The notes below the pieces were generated by a model that was given only the letters and a program-made list of their open reading frames with translations, was not told the origin of the DNA and ran no database searches. From Amoebophrya sp. A120 (Eukaryota > Protista > Dinoflagellata), in the NCBI GenBank assembly GCA_905178155.1, contig CAJINV010000002.1, positions 967,809 through 1,031,808 of the forward strand: DNA of 64,000 nucleotides. Reading direction: 5' to 3'. Position numbers and translations under genes: made by a program. This document shows positions 23,036 to 36,034 of the stretch, piece after piece; positions within the stretch are counted from its first letter, which is position 1, and each line of letters begins with the position of its first letter.

Positions 23036-23510
23036 GCACGTCCTCGTCCGTCCTCTCCTCCGAGATGGGAAGGAGCTGAGCGGCCATAGCGAAAAATTTT
23101 GTGGAAAAATCATCGGACGAGCTCTTTTTCGTCAGCGTTGTGGAGCTGCTGGCGCAAAAATCTTCTTGAATATTACCGATCGCAGGTGGAACTACTACTC
23201 CTGCAGTGGAACCACTAGCACACAAGAACCGGGGCGCGGCTGTGTCGTAGTCCACCTGCAAAAAATCCTCCTGGATGAAGATCGAAATAGTAGAAGCCAG
23301 AAAAGTAGAAACGTCTTGTAGTGCGAAACAGTTGAGGAGAACTAAAATGTTGACCCAGACAAAGGTCGAAGTCGATGCCCCCGTCTTGGTTGAAGCCCTG
23401 CGTGTAGCAGGCCAACTCAGCAGACGCGGCAACATCTTTCGCGGCCTTCGCGGTGGTTCTGGGTGAACGGATGAAAATGAATCTGAAATGCTAATATCCA
23501 ACTCCAACAC
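23036..23510 (-). CDS. Host gene A, upstream exon (start uncertain)
   Basis: ORF with a hydrophobic stretch (VWVNILVLLNCFAL) ending in AAQLLPISEERTDEDV at the duplicated site. Confidence 0.6.
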
Positions 23511-26153
23511 GACGACTTCTATCGTGAAAATAAATATCTATTTCGAGCAGCCACTCGGTATAAAGAAGTCGAAAACACCAACGAACTAATGGGCCGTGTA
23601 GTACAATCTGTTGTACTTTAGTAAGCTAATAGTGTAGGTAAAAGAAAATCAATGGAGGTAAGGAGCTGAGAGAAGCGGAGATGAAAACTCTAGTTTGCTT
23701 CGTCCCCGACAGATCGCAGAAACGACCTGCTTTGATTGAGGCTGAAAAGGAAAGTTTTAATACAATTCTGTGGCGGTTTTGGTGACATAAACACGTGATA
23801 GTAAATTTGTGTTATTACCCAAGCGCGTTTGTACTATCGTAGACAGACGAGGGTAGAAGTTCTAGTTTCTATCGCTTTCAATTTACTAGAAAACGAGAAA
23901 AACTCGGCGCGCGGCGGCCCCAGAATACGATCGATGTTACGTCCAAAATCGTAGAAGATAAACTAAAGTTAGAATGGGATAATTATAGGAAGGTAGATTG
24001 GTAGTTGTCAGATTTTTCTTGCCGTAGTTTCTGTCGCTGCTTGCTTAATCAGCTGGTCGTGTAGCACTAGGGCAGAAGTCCTGGCACGGAAAGAGGTGGA
24101 CGATCGACCACTTGCGCGACCGTGGTACCCAGGACTACTTTCTTTGCTCTTTCGCGCGTCGCTTTCGAGGTTTTACAGTTTTTGGTCGTGAGGCGGAGGT
24201 AACTAATCGAAATAATTTTATCCTCTGTAAAAAAGTATACAAGTCCAAGGGCTTTAATATCTGAATGAAGCGCCTAATCGACGCATATCTCTTGTAAATC
24301 AATACTCATCTCGAGAATTAGCCCTCTTCAGAGGCATCGGCGGCGAGGTGGGCGACTGATTTGTACAGTCACTATTTCTGTTCTTTCCGGTACAGGAAAA
24401 TGTTTCCTTTCATCAATGAATTTATCAACTGCTGAAACCGTGATACCGAGAAGAAGGCAAGGCCCTCACGAAAAAATTCTTGATGAGAATAGTAGCAGTG
24501 ATGATTAAACTCATCCAAGTTTCCCACATTCATCAAGGTGGCGCTAAGTACAGAATATATCGGTTGAAATAAAAAGAAAAAGTGAAAACGAAGCGCCACA
24601 ACCTCGTCTGCCGATCTGAATAAAAGAGCATCAAGATGAGTAAAAGGCCTCAGGTAAGATTCCGGTTTTCGTTGTGAGAATTTTCGAAAATAAAGAAATT
24701 ATCATGACAGAGTCGAGAAACAAAGTGCTGTCAAAGTGTCGTACGCTGAGTGTCTGAGTAAAAAGCCATCGAAATTTTTGAAACAAATACAACAGTAGAG
24801 TTAGGCCACAATAAATCTAGAAGCTGGCCAACTGCTGTACTGCTACTGCTATAGTGCTCCTTAACGAGCTCCTACCACTTTCATTTACGACTTGGAGTTC
24901 GCTCCATTCTATTCAATTCTCGATTTACGACAAAGAACAAAATTGTACACACGCAGCCTAAGTGTATTTTTTCATAGAAAACTTCTTCAGCCGTCAACGT
25001 CAATTATTGCCCGTAGCTATGGTGCGATGAGATGAAAGGTAAACTTCTATCGCAGGAGCCATAGCAAGGACGTAGAGCCGAAGTTCGTTTTCGAGGAGCT
25101 AGTTAGTAGTAATGGAAATAGTAAAACCGAAAAGATCATAAAGCTTTGAGAATGGACACTGATGTCCACTGTGATAGATACTGTCGTTGACGACTGGGGG
25201 TGGTGCGCGCACCACTTCTTTCTAAAAAAACAATTTTACTGTCCAATAAAGCCCTGGAGGAGCAGCTCGATTTTTAACACTAGACGTCCTGTCAAGTGAG
25301 TAGCTGTCGTTCTGTTTGATACACTGACTAATATTTGCGTTTTTGGTTTCCCTTATAATTGTCGCGCTTTTCGCTTTGCGTACTTGTACTTGTGTCTTTT
25401 TTTTTCACTAAAAGACACATAGAGCAGATCAGGTGGAAATAAAGATAAGTCTAGGAATTCCGTTCGTTATAGAGAGGTTCTTTAGTAGTTGTCCAGGTAA
25501 AAAGTAGAATAAATTTAGCGTTTGTAAATCCAAGTCGTAAGACGTCCAAAGAAATCAATACCGACACTGACACCCACAATCGTAAAGTAATACTCTCTAC
25601 TGTACTTTCGATAAAACTTTCTTTACAATCACTTCACATCTAATAAGAGCCTGTGAACTATCATTTTGATTTTTGAAGATGTTGACATCACCACACCAAT
25701 GTCTGTAGTTCAAGATGTTGATAGCCCGGTATAGCTGGTCCTTTGGATTGCTGCGTTTTAACGCCCATCATGATTGCAAAATATAATCCAGGAGATCCAC
25801 CGTCTAGTTCTTTTCATCCTTCCCAAGTAGTTTCATCACCATACCTTCCACCTGCGCCTACTACACGAACATTACTCCTTGTCTCTATTTCTGCTAAAGC
25901 GGCGCTGAAATCCGCTCTATTTCCACTGTCAATTTGATCTTGTTTGCCACACTGATGAAAACAAGAATATGTTGTAACCAGGACTAGATCTTCACAAGCA
26001 TGTATGCAAGTGCAGCTCTTGGCCGCCTTTTTGTCAGCAAGGTAGGGAAAGGAAATATTAGAACTGATACCGCCAAAGAAAAAAAGTCGCAGCCGCTACC
26101 ACCACACTTACGCCTACGCCATAGCATTAGCAATACCCAGATGTGGCAGAATA

Positions 26154-28727
26154 TTAAGCATGATCTTGAGCCAATTGGAAACGCGGCTTCTCGTTTAGCA
26201 GGTCTAGATCTTCTTGATAGGTCTTCTCTCGTTCTCTGAACATCTCGTCGAGCACGTACCCTTGTTGCAAGTCAGGAGCATAATTGCTACAAATAATACG
26301 ATTGCTGAACCTACTAGAACTGCCAGTTAAGCAGGAAATGATGAAAATCATAGCAAGCGAAAGAAACATTCTATACTTGAAAAGCGACAGTCCCTCCGAT
26401 GGCACGATGGAATGGAGTTATGGAAGGTAAGAAATAGAAACAGCTTGTCTTTGTGGTCATGCGATTTACGTACCTTGCATCACAATTTCACATTGTGTAA
26501 TCCGCATGACAAACTGTACTTCAGTTTTCTATTCATAAGTCGTCGAGAAACGTCATGACGTCGGTCCACAGCGTATGCCAGAAAAAAACTATGTTGGTGT
26601 AAGTCTGTGATGCAGAACATGCAAAAGAGTTACACTTGTCATGCTGGATCTGCGTCATAGGCTACTTCCATACATGTTTCCACGTACTAGCTGCGCACGA
26701 CAGGTAGTTTTCCCTGTAAAAATGCAAAGCGAATTTGTGATGCTGCTCATCCTACAAAGTTACACTTACACAGTTTTTTTCTTGGATACAGCGAGTTCTC
26801 CATGTAATCCTTCAAGTTCACTTATGCAATACAAATTTCCTGTACATGTACAAAATGCATCACAAATTTCACCAACTTGGAGCATGCCACTTGTCATGCT
26901 GAATCGAATTAAAAGGAAGCTTTGTCATGCAGAAACCGCATTTGTACATGTACAGGAAATTTACTGTGGATATCACTTGCTTCTTCAGATCTTATCGCAG
27001 TGTGAATAAAGTAGAGTGGTTTTTCTTGTGACGATTCTCTGTTGCACATTTCGCACGAGGACAGACGTAGTGTGTCATGCGTGTTGACAAGCACCGCATC
27101 CTCGTCCACCTCCAAGCGTGGAGCGTTGCAAATTGGTAGTGCGTGACCCGCCCCATAGTTATGTACACGCTTTTACGCTCTCACTTGTCAAAATTTGCAG
27201 GAAAATAACCCGGTAGAGAAAAATGCGGCAAAGCGAAAGTACCCCGACTGACATGAAAAAAAAAACGCCACTCCTTTATTTGCACTTTCATACAGCGAAT
27301 GTGGCGGACTTTCCTCCGGCGCCCAGTGCCTTATTCTTTGGAAAATTAATTTCACCAGAAATCTGTCATGCGCAAGTAGAACAATCGCAGCAGCAACTAG
27401 AGAACAGCAGAAGCTTTTTGTCGGATACCTTTTTCATGCGTTGCACAACAAGGGCAAAGTAAGAGGAGCCACGAATTTCGATCCTAAAAAAAGCAAAGTA
27501 CTTCTTACTATACCTGCACTTGGCAATAGTAGTCCGTTTCCGCCCCTACTGGATCGGACAACATCAACTCGTCTATCGCCCAGGGCTGCACTACAGTATC
27601 CTGCGTAAAAGTATCGTACTCGTAGTAATCGCAGTCATGCAGCATTACAAATCTTCATCCAAAGGTAAAACAGCATTACAAATTCCATTTGTCATGCTGA
27701 GCTAATTTGTCAACATGCGATTTATACTAGTACGATACTTTTGCAGTTCATATACAGGCAGTTTCCGTTCCGTATTCATTTGTAGCATGCGCTGCTGCAA
27801 AATCTCTTTCAATCCGAAGAACCACAGATCTCTGGTTTCCCTTCCCGAAAACTGGAGCGACCGCTGTAAAAAGCCGCCACCCTGCTTCTCGTTCTTGATG
27901 TAGCTTCCCGTACCCGGCTTCCACCCGTCGAGCGAATTCGTGAGGTCTTCGAACGTCCTATGAGAGTTGTGCACAACCCCTTGCTCTTTCTCTTTTCGTT
28001 TGTTTTATGCAAAATAGCGAATCCGGGTCTACTCTTGCCTTTAAGCACTGCGCGCATGACAAGTTCTTGACGCCCCCGCCCAAAGCAGGAGGACTACAAT
28101 CCGTGCCCGGACTTGTTGTCAGGCAGAAGCTATAATAGCCGCGGCATTCTTCATTGCTTCTGTTGCTGCTCATGCTAGACAAATGAGGCGCAGAGGGACG
28201 AGTTGTGCACTACTTTCATACGTCAAAATCGCCATTGGAAGTTTCGATGTGTTGTTTTCCGCTGCGAGGGAGTTTATGATCTGCTCCGGTTTGGTGCTTT
28301 GTTGGTCTGCTTTGTTTCCCTTCTGATTCATTTTGTTCTCTTCCTCGTCGTCGTCCGGTGTTGGGTTTTTTTCCTTCTGCGCGTGATCGCTTTTCTCCTT
28401 CTGCAGAAACCCGCTCGGGGGTAACGCCGCTGCGGCCGGGACGGAGAAGTCCTTGGGCCGGAGATTCTGCACGCACTTCAGCGGAATGCGGATTTCTTTC
28501 TTGTTCATCTCGGCTTTATTGTTATTTGCCCCAGTAGTGGCTGTGGCGGCAGCGGCCCCGCCGAATTCCAGGACGATGGCGTCCATTTTGTACGCAAGGC
28601 GAACAAACGCTTCGCGCTTGACAAGGTCATGGTTGGCACGGTGGATCACCGGGAACGCCTTGCAGAGCAGTTCGGGTTGGGGCCGAAGGTCCTCGGCGTG
28701 AACCAGGGTGGTTGGGGCGGTTGACAT
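26154..28727 (-). CDS. Host gene B: multi-exon uncharacterised protein, possible PH-like region; 3' end uncertain
   Basis: ATG 28727; EIRIPLKCVQNL...RSLQFSGRETRDLWFFGLKEIL resembles a PH-domain C-terminal helix; frame continues across introner 27597-27752. Confidence 0.5.
27597..27752. mobile_element. Introner (AAAAGTATCGTACT family)
   Basis: TAT...ATA IR, TSD TACAG. Confidence 0.9.
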
Positions 28728-30945
28728 TTTGTTTTGATATTGATACGATGTCGTTATGGTTTATTCTGATCAATAGTACAATGTACGGGAATTTTGCGTC
28801 GTGTATGAATTCTGTGTAAAAACAGGAACGTCAACGCACACACCGTCTTCACCGGGAGTTCAAGAACAGGATCTTTAGACACTTCATTTCACACTCCAGC
28901 ACTCATGGGTCGCTCAGGTAGATGATCCAAAACGGAGACGGACTATCTATGTTGGCTGCCCTCGGTCGCTCACCGCACTTGGCGCGATCTCTGAATTACC
29001 GTCCGTCCCTCCCCGCCTTCCGCACGGCATCACGGAGGGGAACCCCGAAAGACTGGCAACTCTTGACGCACGGACGAAAGAACAAGCATGCGCATTTGTT
29101 GTGCGGATGAGACTTCACCGCGGCCCAGAAGAGCCCGGTGGATGTAGCCATAGCACTATGAACTATGTCCCGGCGCGAGAGAAACCATAGTGGCATCTAC
29201 CTCGCGGGGCGCTTGATATCGAAATGAAAAATACGAAACAAAGGCAGGCGCGGAACACGCCCCGGGGCGTTGTCAGGCTGCACACAGACAGAAACAAGCG
29301 GTCGCGCGCGTGCGAGGGCCCGCCGGGGCGCAGTCCCACATCAGGACACACACTGCAAGCAGAGGCGCGCCCTGTCCTGCCAGCCTGCAGAAGTGGCGGC
29401 GCGGGCGCGCCCGCGCGCCGGGAGGCGGGCCGGCACAACAAAACCGGGGCGGCGCTTCGTCCCATCGATCAATCTATCCTTCCTACCTGTGGAAGCGGCC
29501 GGGCTGCTCCATTCTTCCCGGGCAAATATTTACATACTCACTGACCCCCGGCATGAATGTGGCTGCCCACGCGCGCGCGCCCCACACCCACGAGAGGCGG
29601 GGCCGGCACGCGGCCAGGATCGGCGGGGGTCGCTCGGCCGTTGAACGCCGCCGGGGCAGGCGGCCACCCGGCGCGGGCAGAAAAAACAGACAACACAACC
29701 AGGCAGAGAGAGCCGGGAAGTGGCGGCCTGTCCGGTGCAAGCCCATCCAAGTGCGTTGTCTGGTTTGCAATCGTTCGGGCTAGGCGACTGGCCGCCGGAA
29801 CCCCCGCCCGCCTGTCCGCGACGATCTTGCCTATGTTTGCGGGCTTGATGTCGCGGCGAAACGGGCCGGGCTAGGAATTCGGGCCGCGCCAAAGCGCCGC
29901 CCCGGCAAAGAGGCAAACGAGGAACACACGAACGCAAGGAAGCGGGCGGCCGCCCCGGGTGCCGCGACAAAATTGCCCGCCTTGGCCATCGCCATGGCCT
30001 TGCCCTGCCTCTGTCGGCTCTCTTCCCCGCCCTTGTAGTTTGGGCGGTCCGCCTCGAACGAGGCCCACGTCCCACAGAACACAAGCAGTGGCCAGCACTC
30101 GACTTGGATTCTCCCAAACGCGCGCCCGCCGGGCCATCCGGCAAGCGGCATGGGCCAAACTTGCGAAGGCGGGGGGGTGAGGCGGTCGAATAACGTAACC
30201 CGCCGCCGGCCGCCCGGCAAACAATAGCGGCGCGCGCCGCGCCTATGTTTACGGCCCGTCTGCCTCTCGGGGAAAGTGGCCCCCCGCCCCCCAAGCGGCC
30301 CCCCAAAGGCCTGCGCGCCTTGCGCCGAGCTCGGTACGGCTCGCCAGCCGCCGCCCCACGCACTGCATTACCCTGCTAGGCAAGCGCCTGCGCGAGGCCT
30401 GTGGGCCCTGTTCCGATAGGGCGGGACGCCGGACGGAGAGCACCTCCCTGGCTATCGGGCCCAGAAGTCCCGCGCCCGCGGGGCCTCAACACGGGCGACA
30501 TTGGTCAAGCAGCGCCGCCGGTCACTCCTCCGACTATGTGCCCCCTGCCGAGGCACTGACGCCATCGGCCGTCCGTCGGGATGCTCGGCCGCAGGGGCTT
30601 TCTGACTGTAAACTGCGGCGCAGGGGGCCACTCTGTCGGCCATCTGTCATCAAATACACTACCCAGGCAAGAACTCTTGGACAGGCGTGCAGCCGCCCTC
30701 GATCTTTATTGTTTTGCTTCAAGATGAAGAACAAGAAGCCCCGAACACTCCCGGCGTGATAGTGAAGCCTGTCACTCCAAAATTAGATTGATTCAACCCC
30801 AAAGGAGGAGGTTCAACGTCAGGCTGCTCAGGAGGCAAGTTGCCATTGCTCGACCATATCCACAGCTGTTGAGTGGAAAGCTACTGGTTTATTGAAAAAC
30901 GATGGCACTACATCAGAGCACAGCATGGCCACACGAGGACCACCC

Positions 30946-33900
30946 TCACGAACTTCTTGTGGCCAGCACACGCTTTATCCACATCCACGGATCATTAGAT
31001 TTCAATTTTTCCCCACAACTTGATGCTGCTTCACCTTGCTCTTTGTCCCTCATCACAGCCTCGTCCTTCCCAACATCCAAACCATCACCAGCTACAGGTG
31101 ATCCCGGCGACGGCAAGGTTAAATCCACCGGTTTCCCGTCAATCTCCACGTAATCCAGGCGTGGGCCCGATGTTGTTGAAGATGATGAAGTTGCAGCTCC
31201 CGGAAGACGAGCAGGATGTTGATCCACAATATCCACGTCGTTATCAATCCGCGCGTAAAAATCCACCAACGGGATCATGTATGCATTACAAAAGCATCGC
31301 GCTAGTAGTGATTGCATGACAACCTATTTTCTCAGCATGACAAGTCACGCAGATTTCACTTGAGAATGAGAAGCAGCTTTGTCATGCATGCGTGATTGCG
31401 ATTACTAGCAGTACGATGCTTTTGCGATGCATATCAACTTCGGCACCGCCACCGCTAGCGCTTTTGCCGCCGTCCGGGCCCGCGCCGGGGGCACGACTCG
31501 CCCCGTTTCCTTCGCGCGTTTCTTCAAGCGGTTCGCGATAATTTCGTCGCTGGCGGTGATGGCCAAAATCGCAATTTTGTACTGCGGGTAGTTTTGCCGG
31601 ATGTACGCGATTTTCTTCGTGTAAAATTCGTAGTTGTGCAAAGACCCGTCGACCCAAAGGGTCAAGTTTTGCTTCATCGCCACTTCCTGCGCAATTTCCG
31701 CGATGTACCCGGATTCCTTGTGGCACAAAGTTCCGGCCTGCCGGAGGGACTGCTTCAGGTACTGTTTCCACTCGGGCATCAGCGTTTTGAAGTGGTCCGG
31801 ATCGATCTTGCTGATGGATTCCAGTTATGCAAGAACGCAAAAGCATCGTACTCGTATTGAAATCATGCATTACAAATCCTGTTCTTAAGGCAAATTAGCA
31901 TTACAAATTTCATTTCTCATACATACTGAGGAAATTTGTAATGCATTTATACGACGAGTAGGAGAACGATACTTTTGCATTGCATACCAGTGGCAGGATG
32001 TTTTTGCTACTCATCCAGCCCAAGACCCACCCCTTCCCGTATGGAGCTCTCAAACGTTACACTCTCGACTTTTACATGAATTTGTCATGCAAAAGCACCA
32101 TCATCATCCGCGCGATCAAGCTGCTTCGCATGACAAATTTGCCTAGGGCTAGACAGCACCTAAATCTGTGCGGGATTTGTAATGCTGCAGGCGTAATCTC
32201 CCCCATTTCACTTTTCCCATTCTTGCGTCACAAATCCATGTAACAGTTGAGAATGTAATACGTTGAGAACGCCATATCCCGCTCCCCATCGACCCGCACG
32301 TTAGGATGAGCCAGGGACGGTTACTCTGGTAAGTCGGGGAGGTAGAACGTTTTCGGAGTAACACCGGCGAGAAATGCTGTTGGGGATTTGTGTTTGATGC
32401 AGTTGGTGTAGTCACGACTCCTGCAGATGAACCACCAGAAGCGGAATTTGTCATGCTGTTGTCTGTTGTTCCGTAGTACAGCAGTCCATTGCTGTTGCTG
32501 TTCAGCAACACAGATTTCCGGATGCAGTTGTCCTGCCAGTGCTGTCTCGATTCGCAGTAAGCGCCATGGTAACTGTAGTCCATTAGCGTTTGCCGAATCT
32601 GTTTGAACGGTCCGACAAATTTGTTTGTATTTGTTTTATTCCCTCCTGGAGGAACATTGTCGCTGTCATGCGGCACCGAGTAGTTTTCCTCGGTTGATTT
32701 GCTGAAGTCGTAATTCTCCGGAATTGTGTAGTCGTTTTTCGAGATGGTTTATCCAGGAAAAAACACCCATCCCCATCCAATTTGTCATGCAAAACATGCA
32801 TAAGCCCTTTTGTTTGTCATGCAAAAAATGGATGGGGATGAGTGCTTTTTCCTGGATATGGTTCGGGCAAACGACGGCCGCATCTTGCTTGCGGTGCTTC
32901 CGAGAAGGTCGTCATCTACAAGAACTTCATAGTGTGAAGTGTCGAGAGGATGATCATCCGCACTGCTTCTCCTCCCAGGGAGGTCGCCTGCAAAATCCTC
33001 GTTGTCGTGCAGCAGGAGGTTATTATGGCTTCGTTGATCAAACTGCTGCATCATTGTAGTGCCGGTACTAGCTGCAGCGCCGCTGTCTTCGTCCTCATGC
33101 ACCGAGCTGTTGCAAATTGAAAAATCGTCCGTGTCGGAATCAAACGGCTGGTGGTCCAAGGCTATCGTCGTCGCTGTCGGTGCGTCTTTGCTCACACTTC
33201 TACTCGGCGCGTCGTGGGAAGCTGAAGTAGGGAGGTGGTCGAGGATTTCATGTTCTGGCGCGGGCGGTGGGGAGAGGCCGGGATGATCTTGGCCCGCACC
33301 AGAACATAGCTGATCATGCTGAGCATGATCAGCTATGTTGCTGTGTGGGCCTTCATTAGTTTCTGACACTGTTTCCGAGGATCTTCCAGAACTGCCCCTG
33401 CTGCAGCTGCTGGTCTCGCTTTGATAATGTTCCTTGTCAAACAAGGTTGTGTGGTAAACAATTTCGTGAACCAACATCCTCAAGTACGGGGTCGTTTCGA
33501 CAGCCCTGCAGAACGAATCCATGTAGATTTTCGGCTCGTCAGCGTGGTCGCTGGTTCCGCTTCTACCAGCGGGAGCAGGAGGAGGATAACTACTTGCTTC
33601 GTCCATCCCAAATTTCCCCACGATCCGGTTCAGTTCTGATTCATTTAGCTCCACCTGCACCAACCCGAATTTCGGATCAATCAGGCGTTTAAACTCCGAT
33701 TTATGCATTGCAAAAGTTAGTATCGCAGTCATGCATTACAAATTTTCTTCTTAGGGTAAATCTGCATCACAAATTTTAATATTTCTCATGCTGAGGAAAT
33801 TTGTAATGCATTTCTACGAGTGCGATACTTTTACTTTTGCAATGCATACGATCTCGTCAAGAACGCTTCTTCACTGTGATCAAACTTGCACAACCGGCGC

Positions 33901-34765
33901 ATCTATCAAATGTAAAAATGTCTGGGTCTGGAAACTTGTGATGCTAAACTGCGCATGATTGAAGCGCTTCCAATGGCAGCCAAGCATGACAAGTTTTTGA
34001 GAGGCCTGCTGATGCCTAGCACGCATTACAAATTGCGTTTTTGCATGACAAAGAAAGCCTCTGTTTTGCTGCTCATGCAACACAGATTTTCAAGGAATGC
34101 ATGACACGCATTACAAGTTCCACTTTTCCAGACCCAGACATTTTTACATTTGATAGCATCCGTTGGAAAGCTAACCGGGATTCCTCTTCCTGTTGGCTCA
34201 AGGTGCGGGTGATAGTAAACTCTTCATCCGCGAAGGGGGGCAACGGGGGCGGTGGCGGTTTGGGCGGTGGCGGTGGTTGGTCCTCATGAGCTACAGGATT
34301 ATTTGCTGTCAATACGTCGACTGTAAGCGTACCGTCGGCTGTCGTTGGAGATGAAGTCGCTGCAGCTGGCGGAGGCGATGCAGTAGACGGTATGTTTTCC
34401 ATTTCGGTGCTGGTCGGACTAGAATTAGTGTTCTGCTTGTTGCTTAGGTCGTCCCACGCCGGAGAGTTGGAAGATGAAGGTCCGTTTTTTCTTGCTCCGC
34501 CACTCGATGAGGACGAAGAACCCGTAGTCGTTTTAGCACACATGATTTTAGTACTTTGCACCGTCGACAAATACCGAGGATGCTGCGGGACAACGTGCGC
34601 GGCTGCGGCTGGCCTTCTGCTAGAAGTAGACCACAATATTTTCCGTCTTCTTGCAGCTAGTAATGCACCCACGGAGCTGCAGGACGTGGACGACGCAGCA
34701 GATGCTCCGACGTTTATAATTTTTGCTCCGCCTCGCACCGCCGTCGTAGCGACGCTCTTGAACAT
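30946..34765 (-). CDS. Host gene C: EF-hand-like motif plus zeta-toxin-family P-loop kinase domain; N-terminus resembles a mitochondrial presequence
   Basis: After removing introners: FDHSEEAFLTRSEFKRLI; DYSYHGAYCESRQHWQD; PWLILTCGSMGSGKG (Walker A); KIDPDHFKTLMPEW; CHKESGYIAEIA; WVDGSL; KRAKETGRVVP. Confidence 0.85.
31280..31433. mobile_element. Introner
   Basis: IR tatgcattacaaaagcatcg / cgatgcttttgcgatgcata; degenerate TSD tcatg/tcaac. Confidence 0.8.
31826..31986. mobile_element. Introner
   Basis: TAT...ATA IR, TSD CCAGT. Confidence 0.9.
32040..32276. mobile_element. Introner (CTCAAACGTTACA family) splitting the Walker A codons
   Basis: IR tatggagctctcaaacgttaca / cgttgagaacgccata; TSD TCCCG. 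Confidence 0.9.
32750..32858. mobile_element. Short introner (TATCCAGGAAAAA family)
   Basis: IR of about 29 bp, TSD TGGTT. Confidence 0.9.
33702..33848. mobile_element. Introner
   Basis: IR tatgcattgcaaaag; TSD cgatt/cgatc. Confidence 0.85.
33904..34155. mobile_element. Introner (TCTGGGTCTGGAA family)
   Basis: IR, TSD GCATC; near-identical to 40940-41191. Confidence 0.9.
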
Positions 34766-35176
34766 TTTTGTTCATCACATGGTAGTTGAAAAGAAGTCGT
34801 GTCGTCTTCTGCTTGCATCAAGAGGAGATGCAGCCAAAAAGACAACTTGTGAAAGTAGCACGCGGCACCAGTCGCGGTTGCAAACGAAAAAACCCGGTAA
34901 TCTTTTTGGTTTTCATCCACTAGTACTTCTCGCAGAGGCAGATGCGGGACCAAAGAGGTAGTGGAGCTCCTGGAGAAAACAACTCTCATCTCTTTATTTT
35001 CCTGTCGTCCGCGTAAGTTCTTTCGGGCATGACGGCTTAGACACGCAAAAAAAAAAGAGACCCTGAGGCTGTGAGACCCAAACCAGCGAAACACGACGGC
35101 AGCGTGGTTTTTTTGTGTTTCGAATGACGGGAAAAAAATAAGCATACCGTCGTGATTTCGATTTGTGTGTTTTTTT

Positions 35177-36000
35177 GGGGGATCCGCCCGTTCCCCGGGG
35201 ATCCGCCCGTTGCCCGGGGATCCGCCTTCGCCCAGGGGATCCGCCCGCTCCCCGGGGATCCGCCTTCGCCCAGGGGATCCGCCCGCTTCCCGGGGATCCG
35301 CCTTCCCCCAGGGGATCCGCCCGCTCCCCGGGGATCCGCCTTCCCCCAGGGGATCCGCCCGCTCCCCGGGGATCCGCCTTCCCCCAGGGGATCCGCCTTC
35401 GCCCAGGGGATCCGCCCGCTCCCCGGGGACCCGCCCGTTCCCCGGGGATCCGCCTTCGCCCAGGGGATCCGCCGGCCCGCTACTCGGGGATCCGCCTTCG
35501 CCCAGGAGCCCGCCCATTCCCCGGGGATCCGGGTTCGCGCAGGGGATCCGCCCGCTCCCCGGGGAGTCGCCTTCGCGCAGGGAATCCCTCCGCCCATTCC
35601 CCGGGGATCCGCCCGCTCCCCGGGGATCCGCCTTCCCCCAGGGGATCCGCCCGCTCCCCGAGGATCCGCCTTCGCCCAGGGGATCCGCCCGTTACTCGGG
35701 GATCCGCCCGGCTCCCCGGGGATCCGCCCGTTCCCCGGGGATCCGCCCGCGCCCCGAGGATCCGCCCGCTTCCCGGGGATCCGCCTTCGCCCGGGGGATC
35801 CGCCTTCGCCAAGGGGATCCGCCCGTTACTCGGGGATCCGCCCGTTCCCCGGGGGTCCGCCCGCTTCCCGGGGATCCGCCCGCGCCCCGAGGATCCGCCC
35901 GCTTCCCGGGGATCCGCCTTCGCCCGGGGGATCCACCCTCGCCCCCGGGGGGTCCGCCCTCGCTTCGGGGGGTCCGCCCTTTCCCCGGGGAAATCCTCCC
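35177..36000. repeat. GC-rich minisatellite, 17-20 bp units with GGGGATCCGCC core
   Basis: Dozens of tandem variants visible. Confidence 0.95.
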
Positions 36001-36034
36001 GGCTGGGGTAGTGCGTACCACGGGAGAACGGGCT

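Noticed and set aside
28960-30760. rRNA/ITS or coding gene in the GC-rich island
   Set aside because: No conserved rRNA motifs recognised; ORFs are R/G/A/P-rich in all frames
30946-32676. Bacterial zeta/epsilon toxin-antitoxin module
   Set aside because: Intron-containing eukaryotic multidomain gene with no adjacent antitoxin-like ORF
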